64,000 bases of DNA from Candidatus Bathyarchaeia archaeon (GTDB lineage Archaea; Thermoproteota; Bathyarchaeia; Bathyarchaeales; Bathycorpusculaceae), in contig JBEKTQ010000023.1 in assembly GCA_049515895.1 (NCBI GenBank), positions 1-64,000 on the forward strand, given 5' to 3'. The notes beneath the pieces are model-generated. The model saw only the letters and a program-made list of their open reading frames with translations, did not search any database and was not told where the DNA came from. This document shows, in pieces, positions 51,336 to 62,330 of the stretch (its first letter is position 1; every line of letters begins with the position of its first letter). The position numbers and the translations under genes are program-made.

Positions 51336-53097
51336 CTAGGTTAAATTTATGGTTACTGATTTGGTTGCCCCTGTGACTATGACAATTCCACTTAGATAGC
51401 TCCAGTTATTGCCTTGAGAAGTTTGAGTTGTCCCGTCAACGGTTACTGACGTCGGCTGCGTGTTAACTAGAAATGTTTGGGTGCCGGTGCCTCCGCTAAC
51501 TGAGTACGATATGCTCGTGGAGTTATAGTTGTTTATCACGATATTGACGCCGACTGAACTGAGCGTCAAGTTTGAAATGACGCCGTTCAAGGTCAAATTG
51601 TAGAATCTGAGCAAGTCACCTGTCTGGTTGTAGCCTGCCAGAGTTATTGGGCTTACAAAGCTTGTGCTAAAGCCGCTTGCTCCCAGAAATGGAGTGCCGC
51701 TTGCAACGCTAGCCGTTAAAGGCGAATAGGCAGTGATGTTGGATGTGAAACTGAATTGATTCGTTTGATCGGTTAAGTACTGTGGTCCACCCTGCGGGTT
51801 CGAGTATACTTGGTAAGTATAGGCGTTTACGATGGGGCGATTTGGATTACTCATGTTGAAAGTGTAAATCCTCGCGCATGCAGCACCTGCCTGCGCGTCT
51901 ATTTCTTGTCTATTAAAGAAGATCTCTTCTCTGTTTCCAACTTTTTGATTGTATGCTACCCCTTCTCCAATATCATGCCCGTCTAAAGTCATAAACACGT
52001 TCGAGTAGTTGCTCAGAATTTTTTCGAAGTTTTTAGCCCAATCGACATCGTTAGGGCTGGTCGTGTACCCATATCCTCCCACTCCATTGAGGAAGTTGTG
52101 TGTCGCAACAATAACGTTATCGTTCGGGTTGCATTTTAGAAGGGTCTGCATCCAGTCAATAACGGTTTGGTTAGAATCGTAGGCAATGTTAATGACCATG
52201 AAATGATAGTTGCCATAGCTAAACTGTACCGCTGTGCTTGTGCCGTTGAAAACGCTTGCTACCCAATAAAGCGCATTTTGCATAGTTGCAGCATTGAAGG
52301 CCGAGTATCCTTCGCCGCCTATCCAGTCGCCATTTTCATTCCCGACGGGGTTTCTTTCTCCGATGAAATCGTGGTTTCCCGCGTTCCAACAGTAGGGAAT
52401 TCCGTTGCTGTAGAGCTGCATCATGGCAATGTTGGCGTTTCGCCAGTCTGTCGAGTTACCTGGGTTCTGCACGATATCACCTGTGTGGATGACCATTGAA
52501 ACATTCAGGGCGTTGCTGTTGTTTACTATCCAGTCGGTAAGGTTGTTGAATAAGGCAGGGTTGGTGTCGCTTAAGTATTGAGTGTCTGATATTTGAATTA
52601 AGCTAAATCCATCGGTGACTGGGGCTATCCCAGTTCGCCATTGTTGACTCCAAGTTAGCTATTTGGGCATTCAACAAAACAATTGTTGATTGTTCCGAGG
52701 ATACTTGGTTTTGGTCATCTTTCAGGTTCACGTTGGAGAATGAAAGTAAATCTTGAAGGGTGGCAACTTGAGAGTTTGCAGAGTTAAGGGAACTAGTCTT
52801 AGTTGTGAGTTGCGATTGAAGATTTAAGTTAGTTGTGTTTGCTGAGGTCACTTGATTTTGAAGACTCGCAACTTGTGTGTTTAGCGCGTTCAGCGAATTA
52901 TTTGTAGAGTTTAAGCTTGGTTCTAAGGAAGCAATCATCGAGCGTTCAGACTCTACTTGGCTTTGGAGACCTCGATTTTGATTTTCCAAAAAGCCAACCG
53001 TTATACCCAACAGAATAATACACAAACCTGCAATCCCCAACATAACTTTTCTATTTACAACCTTCTTTCCACTCATCCACTGCTTCCCTCTTCCCAA
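51336..53097 (-). pseudogene. Membrane-anchored coiled-coil plus metallophosphoesterase gene split by a 1-nt frameshift
   Basis: Downstream frame has ISDTQ, HTGD, GNHD, GH but lacks a start; joins 52603-53097 if one base of CCC 52629-52631 is removed. Confidence 0.8.
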
Positions 53098-53455
53098 ATC
53101 GTACCGCTAATAACGATAGAGACACGATTTCTTATGTTTTACCTAAAAACAGCAATTCAAAGAAAAAACGTCGCCTAGGGAGTTTTCTAAAGATCAAAAC
53201 CGCCAATTCAATGTTTTGCATATAAAAGTAGGGGAACAACTCAAAATGTGGAAAGTAGACATTCAAAATAAAAAATGCAGCGGCAATTGTCACAAACGTT
53301 TGAACGAGAATTAGATCTAAAATTGTTGTTTCTAAACGAAATAATCTTTAAGATTGTTTTGCCTTTAATTTATGATTGTCGGGGTTTCTCTTTAATTATA
53401 GCAAGTTTTAAATCTGCTTTACCCCAAAAGAACACAAAACATTAGAGATAGCTGA

Positions 53456-54508
53456 TTGCATTATCAATTGGTGCTTATGAAAAAAACAGCATTAGCACTA
53501 ACATTAATCTTGGCACTCTCAGCATCCGCGGTGATTAGAGTTGCCATAGTAAATTTGGGCAGGGCTCAAAGCGGGACCGCAACCGCAACCTCAAACCCTG
53601 CTGCAACAGTAGCATCTGGAGGAAACGGCAATCTCGAACTCACAATGAGCCTCGACAGAACAACATACGTTTTGGGCGAACCAGTCAATCTAACATTAAT
53701 GATTACCAACATCAGCAATCAGACAATAAACTTCACGCATACAGGATTAGATTTTGATTTTCAAATTTACAACGACACAAACAACATCGTGTACCAGTGG
53801 TCAAATTTCAAAGCTATACCTCAATTCATAACCATTGTGCCGCTTCAGGTCGGACAAAGCAGGTCAGCTAACTTCACTTGGTCGCAAACATGCAATTTCA
53901 ACGCCCAAGTTGAAGGAGACACAGTCTCGCCAGGAATCTACAACATAATTGGTGAGACTGGTCCAACATACAGAATACAAACGACGCCGACGCAACTAAC
54001 AATTGTCAAAACTACCCCAACTCCAACACCTACAACTCCAGCCACAACTACCCCCACTCCTACGGCAACAGTGCTTGCAACGACAAGCAACAATGAAACA
54101 GTTGACCTTAAAATCAGCGGAAACATAACCAGTTCACAGATGTCCAGCCTGACAATCGCAACAAACCAGTCCGCCGCGAAAACAACGGTATCTTTCACAG
54201 TCACAGGAGAAGGCGGGACCACAGGCTATGGAAACATAACCATACCAATAAGTTCAGTGCTCTACGGAACAAACCCAGTAATCTACATTGACGGATCACA
54301 AGCTTCAAACCAAGGCTACGCACGAGACAGCAACAACTACTACGTGTGGTACACAACAAGTTTCAGCACACACAAAGTATCAATTGTATTCACCGCACGA
54401 TCTTCAGTTCCAGAATTCCCATCACCTGTGATCTTGTCCCTAGTCATAATATTAGCAGTCTCTGTTTCAGTTGCGTTTATGCCAGGAAAACGCATGGAAA
54501 CAAATTAA
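53456..54508 (+). CDS. Secreted cell-surface protein with PEF-type C-terminal anchor
   Basis: Signal peptide MKKTALAL, Thr/Pro linker, VPEFPS + TM + basic tail. Confidence 0.75.
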   Translation: MHYQLVLMKKTALALTLILALSASAVIRVAIVNLGRAQSGTATATSNPAATVASGGNGNLELTMSLDRTTYVLGEPVNLTLMITNISNQTINFTHTGLDFDFQIYNDTNNIVYQWSNFKAIPQFITIVPLQVGQSRSANFTWSQTCNFNAQVEGDTVSPGIYNIIGETGPTYRIQTTPTQLTIVKTTPTPTPTTPATTTPTPTATVLATTSNNETVDLKISGNITSSQMSSLTIATNQSAAKTTVSFTVTGEGGTTGYGNITIPISSVLYGTNPVIYIDGSQASNQGYARDSNNYYVWYTTSFSTHKVSIVFTARSSVPEFPSPVILSLVIILAVSVSVAFMPGKRMETN

Positions 54509-54649
54509 TAATCTTACATAGACAATAGAATAATAAAAAATTTTATCTTCTTCACTTTCTTGAACCTAAGTGAATTTGACCACGAAAACTCAATTTACGC
54601 ACTTACGATTAAACGTTGAAATCAAAGAATTTACCATGTTGAGAACAGT

Positions 54650-55147
54650 TTGTTATATATAATGGTTGATACAAGTGTTGGAACCATAGTCACGCCACGT
54701 TTGGGGGAACAGGGTTTGGATGAAGTACTAGACATGTTAGATAAAACCGTTAAGCGGATTCAGAAAGTTGTTGATGAAACCAAAGAGGCAACCTGGAAGC
54801 AGTCAGCTCTCTACGAGCAGATTATGCAGGCGCCCGACGCTTCTGACGAGAAGAAAATAAAAGCGTTCATTAAGAAAACCCGCTATCTTGACCTGCTTGA
54901 AACCTTGAACTCCCAGTTGAGCCTACTTTGCATGCTGCAGATTTTCGCGTTCAAAGTTAAAGTGCTTGAGGTTACTGTTGACAAGATGAATGAGCAGCTA
55001 GTGAAATCGGGTATTTTGCTCAAGACAGGTGAACTGGATGAAGTGAAAAAGAACATTGACGCGCTCAAGATACTAATCGAAGCACAATATGAGTCCATGA
55101 GAGAAATACGGGAAACCAAAACCAAAGCATTAGACTACATACACTAG
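54650..55147 (+). CDS. Hypothetical helical/coiled-coil protein
   Basis: 165-aa ORF; start uncertain. Confidence 0.65.
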   Translation: MLYIMVDTSVGTIVTPRLGEQGLDEVLDMLDKTVKRIQKVVDETKEATWKQSALYEQIMQAPDASDEKKIKAFIKKTRYLDLLETLNSQLSLLCMLQIFAFKVKVLEVTVDKMNEQLVKSGILLKTGELDEVKKNIDALKILIEAQYESMREIRETKTKALDYIH

Positions 55148-55232
55148 AAACATCAGATTAAAAATCAAATAAAAAGGGCAGCCTGGTGGTTTTTTGCCAC
55201 TCATGCCTGCAACGGTACGTTTTTTGATTGGC

Positions 55233-56156
55233 TTATTCTACGATCTTTTCCCAGCTTGTAACTAAGTCAAGAACTTCTTGGCCTGCCTTGCCGCCGTAGC
55301 TCTTAAGGCGCTCGCGGGTGTCTTTTTGAGCTATCGCAGCTTTCTGGAACTCAACCATTTGTGCAGCTTTGTCTGTCAAATAGAGGATTCCATCTACGCC
55401 GGCTCTTGCCATACGGACTGAGACTGTTAAGAGTTCATTTACGGTGGGTGTTTCTCTTGGGTCGTCGCCGGGGCCGATAACGTACAATGCAATGTTCAGT
55501 TTAACGTCTTTGAAGAGTTTCTTGAAGTTGCGTGTCAGCATTTCCCAGTACCACGGAGTCGCATAGTTCTTGCTGAACATGACGACCAGGAACTCGTCGG
55601 TTAGCGGGGCTAAGTCATCAAAGTTAACGCCGAAGCGTTCATAATTAGTAACTGGGTCTGGAAGGACGCCGATGACAAACTTGCTTTTTGCTCTGTCTCG
55701 TACCCGTTCGCTTACCAATGCCATGTAGTCTGCGATTTCTTTTCTTCGCCATTCATACCAACTTAAACCGCTTTTCTTCCATAGTTCTTGGCAGCGTGGG
55801 CAAACGCAGTGTCCATGCTCTGCAAAGTGGATGCTGTTGAGCCATATACCCGGGCTTTTGCGAGCGACGTCTTCGATGTAGTCAAGTTGTTCTGCGCGGT
55901 GTTCGGGTTGGGTTGCGCAGAGAACGTCCCATCTGACATTGAAGTTGTCGTTTGTTCTCCATGCCGGACCCAGCGCTGACTGGGAAATCCAGTCTGGGTG
56001 GTTGCGAGCAGTAACGTTATCTCCGAATATTGCAATGTTGCTGTGCATATCAGGTTTCGGTGGTAATCGTCTGCCTACTTCGGGTTTAACTCGAAAAAGG
56101 TCATAGTCGAAGCCTGGAACTTTTTTTGCTTCAAACATGTATGTGCCGAATTTCAA
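55233..56156 (-). CDS. Hypothetical TIM-barrel/glycoside-hydrolase-like protein with HCVCPRC motif
   Basis: HPDW, CxCxxC, W.EWR, ERFG. Confidence 0.6.
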   Translation of the reverse strand: MKFGTYMFEAKKVPGFDYDLFRVKPEVGRRLPPKPDMHSNIAIFGDNVTARNHPDWISQSALGPAWRTNDNFNVRWDVLCATQPEHRAEQLDYIEDVARKSPGIWLNSIHFAEHGHCVCPRCQELWKKSGLSWYEWRRKEIADYMALVSERVRDRAKSKFVIGVLPDPVTNYERFGVNFDDLAPLTDEFLVVMFSKNYATPWYWEMLTRNFKKLFKDVKLNIALYVIGPGDDPRETPTVNELLTVSVRMARAGVDGILYLTDKAAQMVEFQKAAIAQKDTRERLKSYGGKAGQEVLDLVTSWEKIVE

Positions 56157-56323
56157 TTTGATTCTACCTTTTTAGAATCCAAAACGCTTGGCATTGTAAT
56201 AAAGTTTTGCGTAATCAGGGCTAAATAGGTTGCAAAAGCAAAATTCGAGGTTAGGATTGTTTAATGTCACCAAAAGCCTGTCTTAAGCGCAAACACGGTT
56301 GATGCCATCTAGCCGGTTTGGCG

Positions 56324-56755
56324 TTACGCAATGGGTCCAGAAGGGTAGCGTCCAATGGCATCGAGGATTTCTTCCGCCGTCGTCTTTTTGCCGACGTTCC
56401 GCACTAAATCCGTGGCAACAACTATCCCCACAAGCTGGTTTTGCTTTAAAACTGGCAGCCTCCTTATTTTATGCCTTGACATCAACCGCGCTGCATCCCT
56501 AATTGAGGTGTCAGGGTTAACTGTAACGAGGGATTTAGACATGATTTCAGATACTTTAACATCCAATGAAGCACGTTTCGCAACAATTCTCCTCACGAAG
56601 TCCCGTTCAGTAACGATTCCGACAGGAGCAGACTTATCCGTGACGACCAAGCACCCTACCCCCTTTGCAGACATAAGTTCAGCCGCTTCAAAGACGCTTT
56701 GACTAACATCGATCGTAACTACTTTCTTTGTCATGATGTCCTTAACCGCTGGCAT
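56324..56755 (-). CDS. CBS domain pair protein
   Basis: VKDIMTK, GIVTERD, IRRLPV. Confidence 0.92.
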   Translation of the reverse strand: MPAVKDIMTKKVVTIDVSQSVFEAAELMSAKGVGCLVVTDKSAPVGIVTERDFVRRIVAKRASLDVKVSEIMSKSLVTVNPDTSIRDAARLMSRHKIRRLPVLKQNQLVGIVVATDLVRNVGKKTTAEEILDAIGRYPSGPIA

Positions 56756-56904
56756 AAAGCATCAGGTAAGAAGGTGGTTTCCTCGATGATAAAAGCATTG
56801 GCAGTACTAACTGATTATTGGGCTTCCAACTATGGATATGCCTTTGATGTGGAAAAGCATTTAACTTCTTAACTCAAACATCATATAAAGCTTTCAAGGA
56901 AGAG

Positions 56905-57327
56905 ATGAGAACAGTAATGCCGATAAAGTATTTTGAAGCGCCGGAAATCAAAAAGCAGGTTGACCAGCTAGCTGAAGAATGTGAATTCTACCATGTCGTG
57001 CCACAATTCGTTTTCTGCGTCAGAAGCAAAGGTTCCAAAGCCAGACGTACAATAGCGCGCATACACGGGTTGGGCAAGATTTGGCAAGGAGTTCTGAACC
57101 TGCCGCCATCTTACACAATTGAGGTTATTTCAGAAGTGTACGATAAAATGTTGCCTGAAGACAGAGAGAGAACGCTCATCCATGAATTAATGCATATTCC
57201 TGGCGGGTTTGGCGGCGGTTTCCGCCCGCACAAAGGGTACGTTGAACGGAAAAACGTGGATGCTGTCTATCGGAAACTACAGAACGATCGGGCTGTCAAA
57301 AAACAGAAAACTCTGTTTTTCGAATAG
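56905..57327 (+). CDS. Putative zinc metallopeptidase (COG4900-like)
   Basis: RSKGS...ARIHGL, YTIEVISE, LIHELMHIP..F.GGFRPH. Confidence 0.85.
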   Translation: MRTVMPIKYFEAPEIKKQVDQLAEECEFYHVVPQFVFCVRSKGSKARRTIARIHGLGKIWQGVLNLPPSYTIEVISEVYDKMLPEDRERTLIHELMHIPGGFGGGFRPHKGYVERKNVDAVYRKLQNDRAVKKQKTLFFE

Positions 57328-57487
57328 CCCCCAGAAATCTTGCGTTTTCAGCTATATGTTTTTAAGCTTCGAACGGGGGGTTATGAAAAGTTGCAGCTTC
57401 AGCACGAAAAAAGGCTGTAAAGTTAAATACTTCGGAAAATGGTTTAACCTTAAAAAGTCGTTTGCCGAAGGAAATTGAGGTTTAGAA

Positions 57488-59146
57488 ATGCGACATGTTA
57501 TGAAAAGTCTAAAGCATAACGGCATATTCGTTCCAACTTACGATTACAAAGGCTTTAGCGTCAAAATCAATGGTCAAGAATTGAAGCTGGCGCCTAAAAG
57601 CGAACAGATGGCTGTTGCTTGGGTAAGAAAAAGCCTGTCCACAGTGTCTCCGCCGGACAAAGTTTTCAAACATAATTTCATGCGTGAATTCCTTAGCGAG
57701 CTAAAGCAGGAGAACCCCGCCGCAGGCTTCTTGGACTCATTTATTCCAAAATACCTAAACAGTATCGAACACGCGCCTAAAACCCAAAATAACGGCGACT
57801 GCAAGGCCGAAGAAATCGACTTTAGCAAAGTCTGCACCTTTATCGAGTCAGAAAAGGCAAAAAAAGAATCTTTAAATAATGAAGTTAAAAAGCAGCAAGC
57901 CGAAGAACGGAAAATCCGTCGGCTGGAATTCAAAGAAAAATTCGGCTACGCAGATGTTGACGGGCAGCGGCTTGAGATTGCCAACTGGACTGCTGAGCCA
58001 TCTTGTCTTTTCGCTGGACGCGGTGACCATCCGCAGCGTGGAAAGTGGAAAGACGGACCAAGCGAGCAGGATATCATTTTGAACTTGCCGCCTGATGCGC
58101 CTAAGCCCAAGGGAAATTGGAAAGGGGTGGTTTGGGAACCCGAAAAAATGTACGTTGCGAAATGGGAGGACAAGCTTACGGGCAAAATCAAGTATGTCTG
58201 GTTCAGTGACACCGCGTTTTTGAAGCAGAACCGCGAGAAAGAAAAATTCCAGAAAGCCGAAACCTTAGGCAAACAAATCAAGACGATTGAGCAGCATATT
58301 CTACGTAACCTGGATGACGAAGACGAGGCAAGACGGAAGGTTGCGACGGTTTCATGGCTTATTTTGGTTCCCAATATGAGGGTCGGCGACGAAAAGGATC
58401 CTGACGAAGCTGATACGGTAGGCGCTATCACGCTTCGAAAAGAGCACATCACCTTTGAAACGAACAACGTCATTCACTTTGACTTCCTAGGGAAGGACAG
58501 CGTCAGATGGGACAAGAGATTCGAAGCTCCACCACAAGTTATCAGAAACATACAAGCTTACATGGCTGACTCAAGCAAAGAGTACCTATTCGAAGGCGTC
58601 GACTCCAAAAAGGTCTCTCGTTTTCTTAGCGAGAAAATGCCGAAGTTAACCGCCAAAGTGTTCCGCACTTGGAGATGCACAAAAACCGTAAGGGAAGAAC
58701 TTGAGAGAAGCGGCGTCGTCAAAGAAGACCCTGAATACAAGAAGGTTTACGCGGCGAAAATGGCTAATTTCAAAGTCGCTGAGGTGGCAAACCACAAACG
58801 CAAAGTTCCGCCCACATTTGACCATCGATTAGAGAAAAAAGAAGCCAACCTTAAATCGCTCGAAACGCAGCTTGAGATTAAGAAGGCAACTGGCAAAAAA
58901 ACCGAGTCACTTGAAACCCGAATTGCTAAAGCGAAGCTGGATTTGGAATTGACGCGAGTAACCAAAGAATACAATTTGGGCACATCGCTGAAATCGTACA
59001 TTGACCCTACTGCTTACGTGAAATGGGCGAAAAAAGTGAAGTTCGACATCGAAAAATTCTACCCCAAAACTCTCCGCAACAAGTTCAGCTGGGCACTTCA
59101 AAGCAGCCACGCACAACCGCAAACAGCCGAGTGCATAACTGCATGA
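57488..59146 (+). CDS. top1: DNA topoisomerase IB (eukaryote-like)
   Basis: GRGDHP, MRVGDEK, FDFLGKDS, TAKVFRT, NH, GTSLKSYIDP (catalytic Tyr). Confidence 0.95.
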   Translation: MRHVMKSLKHNGIFVPTYDYKGFSVKINGQELKLAPKSEQMAVAWVRKSLSTVSPPDKVFKHNFMREFLSELKQENPAAGFLDSFIPKYLNSIEHAPKTQNNGDCKAEEIDFSKVCTFIESEKAKKESLNNEVKKQQAEERKIRRLEFKEKFGYADVDGQRLEIANWTAEPSCLFAGRGDHPQRGKWKDGPSEQDIILNLPPDAPKPKGNWKGVVWEPEKMYVAKWEDKLTGKIKYVWFSDTAFLKQNREKEKFQKAETLGKQIKTIEQHILRNLDDEDEARRKVATVSWLILVPNMRVGDEKDPDEADTVGAITLRKEHITFETNNVIHFDFLGKDSVRWDKRFEAPPQVIRNIQAYMADSSKEYLFEGVDSKKVSRFLSEKMPKLTAKVFRTWRCTKTVREELERSGVVKEDPEYKKVYAAKMANFKVAEVANHKRKVPPTFDHRLEKKEANLKSLETQLEIKKATGKKTESLETRIAKAKLDLELTRVTKEYNLGTSLKSYIDPTAYVKWAKKVKFDIEKFYPKTLRNKFSWALQSSHAQPQTAECITA

Positions 59147-59415
59147 GTATCACCGAAACCAAAGACGGCACAATCATCACAATTTTCGTAAAACCAAATT
59201 CCCCCAAATTCGTCGTTGAGCTTGAGGGGGACGAAATAGTTGTCCACAGCACAGAAGAACCTGTCAAGGGAAAAGTAAACAAGGAAATTTTGAAAGAATT
59301 TTCAAAGCTTTTGCATGCCAAAGTTGAGGTAGCAAGTGGCGCCACTTCAAGGCAGAAGCAGCTGTTTGTTCAAGGTTTGACAAAAAACAAAGTCGAGCAA
59401 CTTCTTCGCTGTTGA
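59143..59415 (+). CDS. DUF167/YggU family protein
   Basis: VKPNS, PVKGKVN, SGATSRQK; ATGA overlap with the top1 stop. Confidence 0.85.
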   Translation: MSITETKDGTIITIFVKPNSPKFVVELEGDEIVVHSTEEPVKGKVNKEILKEFSKLLHAKVEVASGATSRQKQLFVQGLTKNKVEQLLRC

Positions 59416-59661
59416 TATGTTGAACTGGATATATTACGAGAATCGAAATATGCCTTTTAAAGCAAAAGTGCTTAAACGATAATGTTAAAAGTTGAGCTTC
59501 GAAGAGGGAGGGACTAACCCCTCACCTTACCCCAAAACTAACGTACCTCAAACTTTTGTCTGAATTCAAAAATCCGCACCAAGACCATTTTCTTGAATGA
59601 CCAAATTTTTTAGTCAACCGGACAACTCAAAAACTACAAAAAGTCAATCGCTACTGAAACC

Positions 59662-60966
59662 TTAAGCCAACCAACCCGGCTGATAACCGTTTATTGCCAC
59701 TGATTGTGACTTAAATCGAAGCATAGCCGCGATGCCGCCGAAAGCATTCTTGAGCATCTGCCCCTCTTCAGTTTCAGTCGAAATAATCTCTACATCGGTG
59801 TTAGCAAGTTCCGCCAGCTCCGCCAAGTCATCAACAACATCCTTCTTGTCAATCACGGTCACGGATGGCGCGCTGCATTTTGCGCAGGGCTTGCCGACGA
59901 GTCCTTGTTCGAAAGCACCTTCTTCCTGAGCTTTCACTGTATGCTGCTCTTCGTAGCCGCATGCGCTGCATTTCACGGTGACACGAACCAGATCCAAGCT
60001 TTCAGACATTATGAGCAAGCGAACCGCTCCAGCTTGCAGCATCCGCCTCACTTCAGCTTCGCCGTAAGTTATCATTCCCGTGTCATGGCCGATTTCGTAG
60101 AGGAATTTCTGCATGATTTCTTTTTCTTCGATATAGCGAACTTTTTTCATGATCTCAGGCGCTTTATCCATCACTTCTTTGACGCCCTGCTCCTCCACGT
60201 AGGCTGTATCAACAACGTCGAGAATTTTGTCCTTTAACTGATAGTTCAAGTAGCCGCCTTTTTCGAAATCATATTTTGTGGGTCCGGGACCGCCAAGAAT
60301 GATGCCTTTCAGGGTGTCAATGGGCAGGAAAGTTTCGTTAGCATGCGAACCGACGCGGGTAAAATACTCGTTTAGCTGCATGTCCCGTAAACGTTCATAT
60401 CGCCTAGCTGACTGCCCACCTGCTTTAGTTTTCCCCGTAACACCCGAATGCATCTGACGGACAATATCTAACCGCTTGCCCTGCAAGGTTGCAATGGTAG
60501 CGTTATTGGCATCTACCAGTAGAATGCCGTAGGTTTCTTTCTCCCGCAACATCTCTTGCAGATGCTCAGTGTGAAATCTTGAATCACAACGATAAAGAAA
60601 AATCTTGATCGGTTCAGGCGGAACTATAACGTACGCTTCCATGCGCTCGGTGCCTGGTCCACCACCTTCTGGCAAAAGAGCACCCGTAAAGATCACTATG
60701 CCCTTTTCCCCAGGATCTTTGAAGAGCTTGAGTTTTTGCTGGGCTTTAGTGATGGCATCCAGAACGTTTTTGCGTGTAACGTTCGATTTGATGTTGCTTG
60801 CTGTTCCATATTCGTTGCGCAGAAGGCTCAACGCGTCGCTAATTTGCTTGCCTGGCGGAACATAAACTGTGATGAGTTCCGTGTGGCTGCCTTCCTTGCT
60901 TGCTAAGGCATTGAGCATTTTTCGAAGTCTGAATAGCTCAAGAGACGATTTTTTCGCTGTACTCAA
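59662..60966 (-). CDS. prf1: Peptide chain release factor aRF1
   Basis: NIKS, YRCD, GGQS, GGIAAMLRF. Confidence 0.97.
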   Translation of the reverse strand: MSTAKKSSLELFRLRKMLNALASKEGSHTELITVYVPPGKQISDALSLLRNEYGTASNIKSNVTRKNVLDAITKAQQKLKLFKDPGEKGIVIFTGALLPEGGGPGTERMEAYVIVPPEPIKIFLYRCDSRFHTEHLQEMLREKETYGILLVDANNATIATLQGKRLDIVRQMHSGVTGKTKAGGQSARRYERLRDMQLNEYFTRVGSHANETFLPIDTLKGIILGGPGPTKYDFEKGGYLNYQLKDKILDVVDTAYVEEQGVKEVMDKAPEIMKKVRYIEEKEIMQKFLYEIGHDTGMITYGEAEVRRMLQAGAVRLLIMSESLDLVRVTVKCSACGYEEQHTVKAQEEGAFEQGLVGKPCAKCSAPSVTVIDKKDVVDDLAELAELANTDVEIISTETEEGQMLKNAFGGIAAMLRFKSQSVAINGYQPGWLA

Positions 60967-61050
60967 ACAACTTCACTAAATTCTATCTTTAATCAGCACA
61001 ATAAACGTTAAAAGGAATCAAATAAAAGTTCCGACTGAAAAAAGGGAACA

Positions 61051-62067
61051 TTAGGCTTTTGGCTTAGCTGCCGGAGCTGGAGCGGGCTCTGGCATAGGAA
61101 CACCTATGGCTTCCCGTAGATAAGCTTTGAAGGGACCCAGTTTCCCACCATAGTTACCCGACGAAATCTTAACAACGCCTGGAACGCCGATGGCTGCGGT
61201 TACACCCTCTTTCATGCCCTTTTTGACGGCGTCCAATGTCAAACCGTTCATGACGATTTCGTAAACGCATTTCACTCCCTCTGGCACCACGGTGTCAGGT
61301 ACGAGGTCGCGTATAGTTGGGCAGTAAACATGATTGGTCGAAGCCTTGAGTTTGTATTTTAGCGAACCCGCTTTACTTCCTGCACGACAAACGCCCCCTG
61401 GAAACTGCATTATTACGTCAGGAGCATTTGCGCGGATTGCTTCTGCTGCTGCCTCGGCAGCTTTGAGTCCCGAACGCTGGTCCTCAGCGAAAATCATAAA
61501 GTTGCCGCCGGCAACCGCTTCCATAGCGCCAAAACCGTTTTCAACGATGAAGTCGCCTTCCATAACGGGGATTCTCCAGCATTTTCTTCCTCCCACCATG
61601 GCCTTTTTCTGGAAGCCATCGCCGAAGTAGCGCAAGCTGTTGCCAACATCTAAAGTTCGTTTGCTCTTGTCCATGCCATTGAAGGCTGCGGTTGTCGGGC
61701 AAGTCAGGGTGCATTGGCCGATTCGCTGCATAAGTTGGTGCTTGAGTTCAAAACGGTCACGATTATAGATTTGAATAAGTATTCCAGGTCGTTTGTCAGG
61801 GGTCTGGTCTGCTGGAACGGTTCGTTCGATTGCTGCTTCCGCAGTCGCCTCAATGACGCTCGTGGCAAAACCCGTTGTTAGGCTCGCGGCGATTTGCGCC
61901 CATTTTTCGTTTTGAGCGGTGATTAAAACTCTTCCTACCCAAAGCGCGAACATTTCGGCAAAAGTGTCTTGAACCTTTACGATGTTTCCGCAGGGTGACT
62001 TAACAAGGAACATTTTTTCGTTATCGTCATAGCCTTGAATTTCAAGCTTGTTAGTGTTCGTTGACAT
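61051..62067 (-). CDS. ftr: Formylmethanofuran--tetrahydromethanopterin formyltransferase
   Basis: DTFAEMF, TPD.RPG, RIGQC.LTCPT, FGDG, FPGG..R.GSK, GNYGGKLG. Confidence 0.93.
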   Translation of the reverse strand: MSTNTNKLEIQGYDDNEKMFLVKSPCGNIVKVQDTFAEMFALWVGRVLITAQNEKWAQIAASLTTGFATSVIEATAEAAIERTVPADQTPDKRPGILIQIYNRDRFELKHQLMQRIGQCTLTCPTTAAFNGMDKSKRTLDVGNSLRYFGDGFQKKAMVGGRKCWRIPVMEGDFIVENGFGAMEAVAGGNFMIFAEDQRSGLKAAEAAAEAIRANAPDVIMQFPGGVCRAGSKAGSLKYKLKASTNHVYCPTIRDLVPDTVVPEGVKCVYEIVMNGLTLDAVKKGMKEGVTAAIGVPGVVKISSGNYGGKLGPFKAYLREAIGVPMPEPAPAPAAKPKA

Positions 62068-62330
62068 GAAAGAGACCTCGCATTCAGTTGGGAATTGTGT
62101 AATTTAAGAGTTTTCATAAACGTGGCAGGGTTTCACCGTTTTTCAATCCCAAAAAACTTCTGTCGTACGTCAGTACACGGCATTTGCGTTTTGAGGTTCT
62201 CTGTTTCCGCCGCTTAAGAAAAATATGGCTCACGCCCCAGCTTAATGCCGCATGGCTAGGCAGCGTTTTTTGTTCCTGCGTTGCTCCTTCCTTCTTTAAT
62301 TTAAGGCGCAAAAAAGTGGTAACTTCATTT

